Positions 8,502 to 17,573 of a stretch of 64,000 bases of DNA are shown here, piece after piece (position 1 is the first letter of the stretch; every line of letters starts with the position of its first letter). The notes under the pieces are model-generated. The model was not told where the DNA came from. It did not search any database and worked only from the letters and a program-made list of their open reading frames with translations. Position numbers and translations under genes: made by a program. The stretch lies in NCBI GenBank assembly GCA_027319905.1, contig DAHVMJ010000003.1, positions 1 through 64,000 of the forward strand, given 5' to 3'. The DNA comes from Candidatus Micrarchaeota archaeon (GTDB taxonomy: Archaea > Micrarchaeota > Micrarchaeia > Micrarchaeales > CABMGC01).

Positions 8502-10283
8502 CTATGCTGCAGTGTCTGCAAGCTTGGTCTTGCGCTGCTGCTTGAACATCTCGAGTATCTCCTTCGTCGTGGTCGCTTCATCCGGGCTCTTGTCCTCGCG
8601 CACGCCGTTGCTGACTATCCTCGGGAAACGGAGTGCATAGCCTACATCCTCGTCGCCCTCCCTGTGCCTGCCCGCCATGTGCATCGGCGACTTGGTTATC
8701 TCGTCAGCCCTGACGGTAACCACGTATCTTGGCTCTATCCAGTAGTCGGGCTCGACGAGCGAGCTCACCCTGGTCGGTTTCTTCGCAGTCCTTATCTTCT
8801 CGAAGAGCTTCTTGAACGTCTTCATGTTCTCCTCGCTGAAGCCTGTGCCTATCCTGGTTATCGTCTCGAACATGTCTGTTTTGTCGTTGTACACCGCGGC
8901 CAGCATCCCACCGAATCCGAACTCGGTGCGTATGCCCTTGCCTGCATAGTAGCCCACCACAACTAGGTCGACAGTATCGGAGAGCTCGCCCTTGTAGCTC
9001 CTTTTCATCTTTATCCAGCTGAACTTCCTGGCGCCCGCGATATACGGCGCATCGAGGTCCTTCGCTATTATTCCCTCCAGCCCGTCAGAGATCATCTCCT
9101 CGAAATACTTCTCCAGCTCTCTGGGTTTGGTGGCGATTATCCTGTTGGAAAGCCTGAACATCCCGTCTCCCTTCACTATCTTCTCAAGTCCAGCGCGCCT
9201 GTCGCTGTATTTTTTATTCAGGTAGCTCTCGCCGTCGAGGTATAGCAGGTCGAAGGAGAAGACGCGGAGCGGCAGCTCCTGGCTCTTCTCCTCTATCCCG
9301 TGCTTCCTCTTCCTCTGGATCGTCTCCTGGAACGCGTGGAACTGGTCCGTCGTTTCGTCGTAGGCGATCGCTTCGCCCTCGAGTATCACCCTGTCGGCGT
9401 TTATCTCCTTGAGCGCAGCGCCGGTTACGTCAGGGAACATCTCGGTCATGCGCTCAAGCCTGCGGGAGAAGATCTCAACCTTCTTGCTTTTCTTGTCCAG
9501 GTGCACCTGGACGCGAAGGCCGTCGTACTTGCTCTCTACAGCGCACCTACCGTGCATCTTCTCTAGTATCTCCTCTGCTGTCGGCAGCCTCTCGGCTAGC
9601 GCCGGCCTTATCGGGTCGAAGAGCGTGACCCTGAAGTCTTCTATGCCCTTCTTTCCCTCCTTCATAAGCGTCTCTCCCACAAGCCCGAGATCGCTGCATA
9701 TGTTGAACGCCTCTTCCAGCCTTGGCTTGAACTCGCGATCTCCCGTGGCCGCTTTCGAGAGCGCCTCGAGTATCGTGGCGTCTCCGGCGCCGAGCCTAAG
9801 CTGGCCAAGCGCAAATCTCACTATGTACCTTGCCTCGAGGGGCGCGCTTGCTGCCAGAAGATTTGCGAGCATCTTTATCTTCGCTTCCTTGCTTCCCTCG
9901 CCGCTTGTCCTCGCTATCTTGAGCATCGTCTCGAACACTTCGTTTATCTCGAACTTCTCCCTGCTCATTCTCCTGAGCTTGCTGGCCGAGATAAACTGCT
10001 CCGCGCTCAGGCCCAGGTCCCCTGTTTTCTTGAAGCCGGATTCAACCTTCTGTTTTTCCACGCCTGTGGCCGTTGCGATGGCCTCCTCCGCGAGCTTTTC
10101 CGCTATCCCAAGGTCCACGCCTTGGAACGGTGGCGCAGGCGATCCCACGGTCATGTAGATTATGTTCTTTATCTCGTTCTTCTTCGCCTTTGAGAACAGA
10201 TCCGTGAGTATGTCGATCATGCCCAATCGCGAGCTTGTCGCCTCCAGCTTGCTGTAGTAACCGGCGACTTCCTCGAAAAGCAT
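8502..10283 (-). CDS. lig: ATP-dependent DNA ligase
   Basis: KYDGLR adenylation motif, EGIIAK, WIKMK, ALRFPR. Confidence 0.95.
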   Translation of the reverse strand: MLFEEVAGYYSKLEATSSRLGMIDILTDLFSKAKKNEIKNIIYMTVGSPAPPFQGVDLGIAEKLAEEAIATATGVEKQKVESGFKKTGDLGLSAEQFISASKLRRMSREKFEINEVFETMLKIARTSGEGSKEAKIKMLANLLAASAPLEARYIVRFALGQLRLGAGDATILEALSKAATGDREFKPRLEEAFNICSDLGLVGETLMKEGKKGIEDFRVTLFDPIRPALAERLPTAEEILEKMHGRCAVESKYDGLRVQVHLDKKSKKVEIFSRRLERMTEMFPDVTGAALKEINADRVILEGEAIAYDETTDQFHAFQETIQRKRKHGIEEKSQELPLRVFSFDLLYLDGESYLNKKYSDRRAGLEKIVKGDGMFRLSNRIIATKPRELEKYFEEMISDGLEGIIAKDLDAPYIAGARKFSWIKMKRSYKGELSDTVDLVVVGYYAGKGIRTEFGFGGMLAAVYNDKTDMFETITRIGTGFSEENMKTFKKLFEKIRTAKKPTRVSSLVEPDYWIEPRYVVTVRADEITKSPMHMAGRHREGDEDVGYALRFPRIVSNGVREDKSPDEATTTKEILEMFKQQRKTKLADTAA

Positions 10284-10401
10284 GAAATCATGTTAGTATC
10301 CCGCTTAAAGTTTTAATACCTTGTATGGGCGCGAAGTGCGTATTGCGGCTCAAACAAGAAAAGCGTAAAAACTTTCCCGTCCATGAGCAATAGGCGATGG
10401 C

Positions 10402-11013
10402 GTGGTGTTCGTAGACATACTGACAAGCCAGCTGTTTGTTCTCGGTTTTGCGGGCCTCGTGATATCCTACCTTGTGCTGCGCGGCTACATGTCCTCAAGG
10501 CGCGGAACTAGAAACTCCAATGACCTAAAGTCCGGAGTTGCCCCCATCGCGCTGTTAGGCCTTTACATGTTCATAAGCGGCATCTGGGGCCAGTTCGCGT
10601 GGCCGCTGCCAGGCAGCTACAACATACTCTTCTATGACCTGTACACACTGGCCGGTTTGCTTGTCATCTCGTTCGCGTGGTCGCTGTACAATGATGGTGA
10701 TCTCAGGAGCACTGGCGTCTTCGGCCTGCTGCTCGGGCTTGTGACAATTTACTACGGCTACGTGGGCTACTCGCTCAACATGACACAGTCTCCGATAGCC
10801 CTGCTAGGCCTCTACTTCCTTTTCGGAATCGCAGGAGTTCTCGGCTGTCCTCTGACCCTGCTGCTCAACAACATGCGCGCTGGAATAAAAAGCAAGGGCG
10901 GAGTGTGGCCCGCGCTGGTTGCCGTGTTCCTTATCGTGCTAGTGCTCGGCAGCCTGCTGTCGATATTCATAGCGGGTAGCGCCATACCTGTGCATCTTGC
11001 GACGCCGCCCTAG
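10402..11013 (+). CDS. DUF981-family membrane protein
   Basis: 'WPLPGSYNILFYD' motif, about 6 TM helices. Confidence 0.7.
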   Translation: MVFVDILTSQLFVLGFAGLVISYLVLRGYMSSRRGTRNSNDLKSGVAPIALLGLYMFISGIWGQFAWPLPGSYNILFYDLYTLAGLLVISFAWSLYNDGDLRSTGVFGLLLGLVTIYYGYVGYSLNMTQSPIALLGLYFLFGIAGVLGCPLTLLLNNMRAGIKSKGGVWPALVAVFLIVLVLGSLLSIFIAGSAIPVHLATPP

Positions 11014-11036
11014 CGGGTCTTGGGAAAAGCAATCGG

Positions 11037-12278
11037 TCAGCTGCTTATCCTAAGCACTTCCTTTACCTTTCCCAGTGCAGCAACAGCCGTGTCGATTTCA
11101 GCATGCGTGTTGTATATGTAGAAGCTCATTCTCGGCACAGCGGGTTCGTTCAGGATCTTAGTGACCAGCGGCATCGCGCAGTGATGGCCAGATCTTATCG
11201 CAACGCCTTCGCTGTCGAGGATCTGTGCTATGTCGTGGGCATGCGCATCCTTCATCGAGAACGCTATCACGCCCGCCCTCCTGTCAATTTCCGTTTTGTC
11301 CGGTCCGTAAACTGTAACTCCGGCCTCGCCCAGTTTGTCAAGCGCATAGCTTGTGAGCGTCTTCTCATGCTCGCGCACGTTCTCCATGCCAAGCTTCTTC
11401 AGGTATTTCACCGCGGCCATAAGGCCGATCGCGCCCTCTATGTTCTGCGTTCCGGCTTCGAACTTCCATGGCAGCTCGTTCCATGTCGACTCCTGAAAGT
11501 CCACGCTGCGTATCATGTCTCCGCCGCCGTGGAACGGTTCCATCGCATCCAGTATCTCCTCCTGACCGTACAGCACTCCGATGCCGCTGGGCCCAAGCAT
11601 CTTGTGGCCTGAGAAAGCGTAGAAGTCTGCGCCAATCTCGCTTAGGTTTATGGGCATGTGCGGTACCGCTTGCGCACCATCAATCAGAACAGTTGCCCCG
11701 GCCTCGTGCGCAAGTTTGGTCATCTCTGCCGCGTTGTTTATGGTGCCGAGCACGTTAGAAACATGGGCGAAGGCCACGATCTTCGGTCTCATCGCGAGCT
11801 TTGCCGCAAAATCCTCGCGGCTTATGAACTTGCCATGGGCGAGCTTCGCATAATCGAGTACCGCTCCCTTTCTCTTCGCCAGCATCTGCCACGGCACGAT
11901 GTTGCTGTGGTGCTCCATCTCGGTTATGAGTACGCGGTCTCCCTTACCAACGTTGGCGTCGCCCCACGCCCTCGCAACCGCGTTGATCGCTTCTGTGGTG
12001 CTCCTGAAGTATACTACGTTCCTGTAGCTCTCGGCTCCGACGAACCTAGCCACGGTCTCCTTGGACTTTATGTACTGGGCCGTGGCGTCCTCCGCCAGCT
12101 TGTATATGCCCCTGTGTATGTTCGCGTTATTTTTCCTGTAGTGCTTCGACACCGCGTTGATCACCTGCCGCGGCTTCTGCGAAGTTGCTGCGCTGTCAAG
12201 ATAGACAAGCGGCTTGCCGTTGGTAACCGTGCTTAGTATCGGAAAGTCCTTCCTTATCTTCTCTACTTCAAGCGGCAT
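11037..12278 (-). CDS. sufS: Cysteine desulfurase SufS
   Basis: YLDSAATSQKP, SGHKMLGP (PLP Lys), RSGHHCA; start re-set to ATG 12278. Confidence 0.93.
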   Translation of the reverse strand: MPLEVEKIRKDFPILSTVTNGKPLVYLDSAATSQKPRQVINAVSKHYRKNNANIHRGIYKLAEDATAQYIKSKETVARFVGAESYRNVVYFRSTTEAINAVARAWGDANVGKGDRVLITEMEHHSNIVPWQMLAKRKGAVLDYAKLAHGKFISREDFAAKLAMRPKIVAFAHVSNVLGTINNAAEMTKLAHEAGATVLIDGAQAVPHMPINLSEIGADFYAFSGHKMLGPSGIGVLYGQEEILDAMEPFHGGGDMIRSVDFQESTWNELPWKFEAGTQNIEGAIGLMAAVKYLKKLGMENVREHEKTLTSYALDKLGEAGVTVYGPDKTEIDRRAGVIAFSMKDAHAHDIAQILDSEGVAIRSGHHCAMPLVTKILNEPAVPRMSFYIYNTHAEIDTAVAALGKVKEVLRISS

Positions 12279-12282
12279 GAGA

Positions 12283-13005
12283 TCAGAACTTGTATCCCTC
12301 CTTCTCAATCCTGTCAGCGAGGTCTCTTCCGCCTTCCTTAACGATTTTTCCATCCACCATCACATGTACGAAGTCTGGCTTCATATAGTTTAGTATGCGG
12401 CTGTAATGCGTGATCAGCAGCAGCCCCGCCTTTGTCCTCTGCTGGTAGTCGTTAACGTTCTGCGCGACTACACGCACGGCATCGACGTCCAACCCGGAGT
12501 CAGGCTCGTCCAGTATTGCAATCTTGGGTTTGAGCAGCCGCATCTGCAATACCTCTATCTTCTTCTTCTCGCCTCCGGAGAAGCCGTAGTTGAGCGAGCG
12601 GCCGATTATGTCCTCCTTCACGTGTAGGTCCTTCGCAGTCTCCTTCACTTCCTCCATGAACTCTTTGAAGGGCAGGTTGCCCTGGAGCGACGCCTTGGCC
12701 GTGTTCAGGAAGTTGAGCAGACCGAGACCCTCGACCTCTATCGGGCTCTGAAAGAGCAGGAACAGGCCAAGCTTCGCGCGCTTGTCTGTTGGCATCTTGA
12801 GTATGCTTTCTCCGTCAATGAGTATGTCGCCTTTCGTCACTTTCATCTTCGTGTGGCCCAATATGGTTCGCGAAAGAGTTGTCTTGCCCGAGCCATTCGG
12901 TCCCATCAGCACGTGGAACTCACCCTCGTTAATCGTGAGACTTATGCCCCTTATTACCTCTTTGTCCTCAACTTCTACGTAAAGATCCTTTATCTCTAGC
13001 TTCAT
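12283..13005 (-). CDS. sufC: Fe-S assembly ATPase SufC
   Basis: GPNGSGKT, FSGGEKKK, LDEPDSGLD. Confidence 0.95.
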   Translation of the reverse strand: MKLEIKDLYVEVEDKEVIRGISLTINEGEFHVLMGPNGSGKTTLSRTILGHTKMKVTKGDILIDGESILKMPTDKRAKLGLFLLFQSPIEVEGLGLLNFLNTAKASLQGNLPFKEFMEEVKETAKDLHVKEDIIGRSLNYGFSGGEKKKIEVLQMRLLKPKIAILDEPDSGLDVDAVRVVAQNVNDYQQRTKAGLLLITHYSRILNYMKPDFVHVMVDGKIVKEGGRDLADRIEKEGYKF

Positions 13006-13009
13006 TGTT

Positions 13010-14236
13010 TCACTTTTTCTTAGGCACTATCCAGAGGTTCTGCATGCTTATTCGCGGAACCGGCGAATGCTTCCCGTTGTCAAGCTTGTCAAGTAGTATA
13101 GAGATTGCGATTTCCTTTACTATATCATTCTCTATCTCCGCAAGATATTTAGATAGGAAGCTCGCTACGAAGATTCTCTTCGCCTTCGTCTCGTCAACGC
13201 CTCTCGACATAAGGTAGAAGAGCGCCTCCCTGTCCAGCGGCGCAGTCGCGGCGCTGTGCGACGCAAACGCAACGTCCTTGCAATCGATTGACATGTCTGG
13301 CAGAGGCTGTATCCTTGCGTCAGGATCGAGCACGAGGCCCTTCTCCTCCACGTTCGAGTACGATCCGTTCGTGCCTCTTTCTACCTTTGCGTAGCCCTTG
13401 AGTATGCAGAACGATCTGTCCTTCAGCACCGCGCCTGTTTTCAGGACAGCCCTCGTCATCTGGTTTGAGTTGAGAATGAATGTGTTCACATCGAACTTCT
13501 GGTCTGCGTTACCCAGCACTATCTCGTTTACTAGAAGGTTGCTTCCTTTTCCGGCGGCCTCGGCGAAGGTGGACGACCTCGTTATCCTTCCCCCGTTATA
13601 TATCCCGTTTAGTCGCACAGTAGAATCCTCGCCAGCGGAGATCTTGTTCAATGCCCCGATGCTCGTTTCCAGGCCCTCGTTGTGGAGCACATTGACCTCC
13701 ACGTTGGACCTGTCTCCGGCATTTACAACATGCAGCGGCATGCTTGCGCATTCGGATCCGGGAGAAGAGCCGAACCATTCGAAGAGACTGAGGTGCGAAC
13801 CTGCAGCGGCGTTCACTACTACCTCTAAAGGCATGCTGGAGCTGTCGCACAGGAAAAGGAAGTTGAGCTTTGCCTCTTTCCCCTCAGGAATATGGACCTC
13901 GACAACGCTTTCAGACCTGCTGGTTACGTAGCCGCCGAGCCTTTCCTCGAAACCCGCTTTGGCGTCTTCTTTATATTCGCGCGTGTCCTTCTTCGATACC
14001 CTCACAAACTCGCTGCCTGATACAAGTCCGTCCTTTCCATTATACAGGTCGAACCTCAATCTGGACTCGTCGGTTATCCGCTTTCTCAGCTCTTCGATTC
14101 CGGCGCCGTCTCCGGCTTTGGCACCCTGCGGCAACAGGAAATTCACTACATACTTCTTGTAGAGCTCGGCTGTCTCGAAAGGCATATGCTTGTAGCTCGC
14201 AATAGCTTGCTCTACAATCTTCTCGGCGTTCTCCAC
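13010..14236 (-). CDS. sufD: Fe-S assembly protein SufD
   Basis: SufBD-family C-terminus 'ASHSAAT…LFYLMSRG', lies between sufB and sufC. Confidence 0.85.
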   Translation of the reverse strand: MENAEKIVEQAIASYKHMPFETAELYKKYVVNFLLPQGAKAGDGAGIEELRKRITDESRLRFDLYNGKDGLVSGSEFVRVSKKDTREYKEDAKAGFEERLGGYVTSRSESVVEVHIPEGKEAKLNFLFLCDSSSMPLEVVVNAAAGSHLSLFEWFGSSPGSECASMPLHVVNAGDRSNVEVNVLHNEGLETSIGALNKISAGEDSTVRLNGIYNGGRITRSSTFAEAAGKGSNLLVNEIVLGNADQKFDVNTFILNSNQMTRAVLKTGAVLKDRSFCILKGYAKVERGTNGSYSNVEEKGLVLDPDARIQPLPDMSIDCKDVAFASHSAATAPLDREALFYLMSRGVDETKAKRIFVASFLSKYLAEIENDIVKEIAISILLDKLDNGKHSPVPRISMQNLWIVPKKK

Positions 14237-14254
14237 AGTAATTACCTTGCGTTG

Positions 14255-15673
14255 CTAACCTACCGAACCCGCCATGTCTAGCTTGATCAGTCTTTTGAGT
14301 TCAAGTGAGTACTCCATCGGCAGAACCTTTGTGAGGTCGTTGAGGAACCCCAGCACTATCATAGCTATCGCGTCGCTTTCTGATATGCCCCTGGACATGA
14401 GGTAAAATACGTCATCTTCGCTTATCTTGCCCACCTTCGCCTCGTGGCTTATCATAGCATCGTTTCTCTGTATGTCGACATAGGGATATGTATTTGTCTT
14501 CGCGTGCTCGTCCATCAGAAGCGCGTCGCATGTTGTGTTCACCTTGGCGTTCTCAGCCTCCTTGCTCACGTACACGAGCCCGCGGAAGGTTGTCAGTCCG
14601 CTTCCTTTTGATATGCTCTTTGAGACCATTCTTGAGGTGGTGTTCGGGGCGAGATGATAGACCTTGCCTCCAGAATCCTGCACCTGCCCATCAGCAGCAA
14701 GAGCTATCGACAGTATCTCGCCCTTAGAGTTCTTGCCCTTGAGATATACGCTCGGATACTTCATGTTGACCGAGCTTCCTATGTTTGCGTCGATCCATTC
14801 CACGTGAGCGTTCTCGTGCGCGTAGGCCCGCTGGGTGACAAGGTTGTAGACGTTCTTTGCCCAGTTCTGGATTGTCACGTATCGTATGTGCGCATCTTTG
14901 TGCGCGACCATCTCAACGACAGCCGCATGCAGCGCATTCGCAGCATATACCGGAGCAGTGCAGCCCTCTATGTACGTAACGTCCGCGCCTTCGTCCGCGA
15001 CTATCAGCGTTCTTTCAAACTGCCCTGATTTTTCCGCGTTTATCCTGAAATAAGCATTGAGAGGCATCGGCACCTTTACTCCCTTGGGTACGTAGATGAC
15101 CGATCCGCCGCTCCAGGTGGCCGAATTCAGCGCCGCAAACTTGTTGTCGGTCGGCGGTATCACAGTTCCGAAGTACTTTTTCATCAGCTCCGGGTACTTC
15201 TTCACCGCGGTATCCGTGTCGGTGAAGATGACCCCCAGTTTCTCAAGCTGCTCGTTGACGTGCGAGTAAACAACACCAGAATCGAACTGTGCCTCCGCCC
15301 CCGCGAAGAACTTCCTCTCCGCTTCGGGCACCCCCAGCTTCTCATAAGTTTTCTTTATCTCTTCTGGGACATCTTCCCACTTCGTGGATTCCTTGGCTTT
15401 CGGCATCCTGTAGTAGTAGATGTCATTGTAATCGATCTTGCTCAGGTCCGCGCCCCAGGTGGGCGTTGGCTTGCTATTGAACATCTTGTATCCGAGCAGG
15501 CGCTTGTCGAGCATCCACTGCGGCTCATTCTTTAACGCAGATATCTTTCTGACCACAGCTTCAGACAAACCCTTCTCGAACTCAACGTATTCCGTCTTTG
15601 TCGAGAATCCGTAGCGTTCCTTGTAGTCCTCTGCCGCTAGTATATCCTGCACGTTTACTGCCATGTAAGCCAC
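14255..15673 (-). CDS. sufB: Fe-S assembly protein SufB
   Basis: GQFERTLI, YIEGCTAP, CDALL, SHEAKVGKI, FYLMSRG. Confidence 0.95.
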   Translation of the reverse strand: MAYMAVNVQDILAAEDYKERYGFSTKTEYVEFEKGLSEAVVRKISALKNEPQWMLDKRLLGYKMFNSKPTPTWGADLSKIDYNDIYYYRMPKAKESTKWEDVPEEIKKTYEKLGVPEAERKFFAGAEAQFDSGVVYSHVNEQLEKLGVIFTDTDTAVKKYPELMKKYFGTVIPPTDNKFAALNSATWSGGSVIYVPKGVKVPMPLNAYFRINAEKSGQFERTLIVADEGADVTYIEGCTAPVYAANALHAAVVEMVAHKDAHIRYVTIQNWAKNVYNLVTQRAYAHENAHVEWIDANIGSSVNMKYPSVYLKGKNSKGEILSIALAADGQVQDSGGKVYHLAPNTTSRMVSKSISKGSGLTTFRGLVYVSKEAENAKVNTTCDALLMDEHAKTNTYPYVDIQRNDAMISHEAKVGKISEDDVFYLMSRGISESDAIAMIVLGFLNDLTKVLPMEYSLELKRLIKLDMAGSVG

Positions 15674-15676
15674 CGG

Positions 15677-16048
15677 TCAGGCACCGTTCTGCATTGCGAG
15701 GCTCTCCGCGTAGGCGTGTGAGAATGCGCACATTATGTTGTTCGCCACGCTGCATATGGTGCAGACGCAAACGTTAACGTACTCATCCTTGCCTTCCGCG
15801 ATCTTCCTTATGTACTCGTCTATGACCTCGCGATGCCCCTGTATCTTCCCCTCTATCTCCTCAACCTTCTTCTTGAGACTGTCAGAGTACTTTTCAGTCA
15901 CGTACTTGCTAACCGCAGCCTGAGCGACCCCCAGATAACGTGCAACGTCGGCTTCCCTTATGTTGTACTTCTCCACCAGGGCGCGCGCAATGATCGATTT
16001 TGCTACGGGCACTGTCTCATCGGCCGCGATTTCGTACTTGCTGGGCAT
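15677..16048 (-). CDS. HTH transcriptional regulator with C-terminal Cys cluster, first gene of suf operon
   Basis: HTH 'EADVARYLGVAQAAVSKY'; CVCTIC…C…H tail. Confidence 0.75.
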   Translation of the reverse strand: MPSKYEIAADETVPVAKSIIARALVEKYNIREADVARYLGVAQAAVSKYVTEKYSDSLKKKVEEIEGKIQGHREVIDEYIRKIAEGKDEYVNVCVCTICSVANNIMCAFSHAYAESLAMQNGA

Positions 16049-16060
16049 AGAAGTTCACGA

Positions 16061-16075
16061 TATAACTCAGTTATA
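16061..16075. promoter_or_regulatory. Perfect 7-1-7 palindrome TATAACT-C-AGTTATA, candidate operator
   Basis: Seen directly in the 78-bp divergent intergenic region, 12 bp from the regulator start codon. Confidence 0.55.
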
Positions 16076-16126
16076 AATAATAAACACTTATACCTTTATA
16101 TATCTAATTAATTAGCGTGTGATACG

Positions 16127-16513
16127 ATGTTGGACGCTAAAGCAAAAGCCATGATAAACGGGAAGAACTTCGCCTTCATAGCCACCCTGGCCAGAGACGG
16201 CTCCCCGCAGCTCACCCCGGTCTGGGTCGATACCGATGGGAAGCACGTGATAGTGAATACTGCCATGGGCAGGGCGAAGCAGAGGAACACAGCGCGTGAC
16301 AACAGGGTCGCAGTGGTGATATCAGACAGCAAGAATCCCTACAGCTACACATACGTAAAGGGGCGCGTTACAGAACAGAAAAAGGAGGGCGCATCGGAGC
16401 ACATAGACAAGCTAGCCAAGAAATACCTTGACAAGGAGAGCTATCCGTGGAAGGATCCAAAAGAAACGCGTGTGATGCTTGTAATAACTCCTGAAAAGGT
16501 GATTTCGCAATGA
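16127..16513 (+). CDS. PPOX-class (split beta-barrel flavin/F420-binding) oxidoreductase
   Basis: 'ATLARDGSPQLTPVW…KQRNTARDNRV…LAKKY'. Confidence 0.85.
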   Translation: MLDAKAKAMINGKNFAFIATLARDGSPQLTPVWVDTDGKHVIVNTAMGRAKQRNTARDNRVAVVISDSKNPYSYTYVKGRVTEQKKEGASEHIDKLAKKYLDKESYPWKDPKETRVMLVITPEKVISQ

Positions 16514-16902
16514 TAAAATTCAACAAGGAAGAGGAGAAGCTGCTCAGAAAGCAGGATGTTGCGCGTATAGCCACTGTTTCGGAAAAGGGCTGGCCGCAGG
16601 TAACTCCGGTGGTGCATCTCTACGACAACGGCGCGATCTATTTTATAACGGACTATGGCAGCAAGAAGCAGAGGAACATAGAGAAGAACAACAAGGTCGC
16701 CGTAGCTGTTGACGTGTATTCACGGCAGCCGCAGAGCGTGATAGTGCAGGGCCGCGCCGAGATGCTGAGGAAAGGAGAGGAGTTCAAGCGGATAGAGAAG
16801 CTCTTCGAGCAGAGGCACGCTTACTACAAGGCGAACCCTGTCAAAGAGGGAGACGCGCCGATAATCAAGGTAACCCCAGTAAACAAGTTCAGTTCCCTGT
16901 GA
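16510..16902 (+). CDS. Pyridoxamine 5'-phosphate oxidase-family protein
   Basis: 'ARIATVSEKGWPQVTPV…SKKQRNI…VQGRA'; ATGA overlap with preceding gene. Confidence 0.82.
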   Translation: MIKFNKEEEKLLRKQDVARIATVSEKGWPQVTPVVHLYDNGAIYFITDYGSKKQRNIEKNNKVAVAVDVYSRQPQSVIVQGRAEMLRKGEEFKRIEKLFEQRHAYYKANPVKEGDAPIIKVTPVNKFSSL

Positions 16903-17488
16903 TCCCCGCTCTTCTGGCTCCCGCATAGACCTTTTGTACGAACCCGAACCTCTTTTCGAACCTTGCCCTCAGTGTCACATAGTCGTCCAGTCCGGTTCCG
17001 AAATACCTGTTGACCTGGAAATGGAGGTGTGGATTCTTCGTGAAGCCGGTGTTGCCACTTAGCGCTATCACCTGACCTTTTTTGACGTGCTGGCCCGCCC
17101 GCACCCTTATCTTCTTGTAGGCAAGGTGTTCGTACCACGTGTACTCATTGCGGCTGTGTTTTATGTCAATCCAGTTTCCCAGGTCCCAGTATCTGGTACT
17201 TATTCCATGCACATTTGAGTCGTCGCGCGTTGCGAAGACCACTCCGCCAGCAGCGGCTAAAACCGGCGTGCCCTCAGGCACATAAAAATCTATGGAGTTG
17301 CGCAGGTTGCCCTGGTGCGCCGGCGAGACGCCTCGCGCGCCGAACGCCATGATTGCGGAAGCCGGAACCGGCAGCGTGTAAACGTTTGCAGACCTGTCGT
17401 TGCTGCTTCTTCTCAACACCAGCCTTTTGCGGAGCACCTCCGGGCGTTTCGCCAAAAATGCGTTAGGGACCAGTTCCCGCTTGATCAT
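16889..17488 (-). CDS. M23-family zinc metallopeptidase
   Basis: 'H…IDF', 'GTPVLAAAGG', 'YEHL', 'SGNTGFTKNPHLHF'. Confidence 0.88.
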   Translation of the reverse strand: MIKRELVPNAFLAKRPEVLRKRLVLRRSSNDRSANVYTLPVPASAIMAFGARGVSPAHQGNLRNSIDFYVPEGTPVLAAAGGVVFATRDDSNVHGISTRYWDLGNWIDIKHSRNEYTWYEHLAYKKIRVRAGQHVKKGQVIALSGNTGFTKNPHLHFQVNRYFGTGLDDYVTLRARFEKRFGFVQKVYAGARRAGITGN

Positions 17489-17565
17489 GTCATCTCCGCC
17501 GTCGTGCCTCCGATTGCAACTGCCTTTTCGATGTCTTTGACATTTTCAAAGTTCCTGAAAGCCAT
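17485..17565 (-). CDS. Small 26-aa ORF (MAFRNFENVKDIEKAVAIGGTTAEMT) between valS and the M23 gene
   Basis: AGGTG SD-like element before ATG; stop overlaps M23 start (ATGA). Confidence 0.35.
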   Translation of the reverse strand: MAFRNFENVKDIEKAVAIGGTTAEMT

Positions 17566-17573
17566 GCCACACC

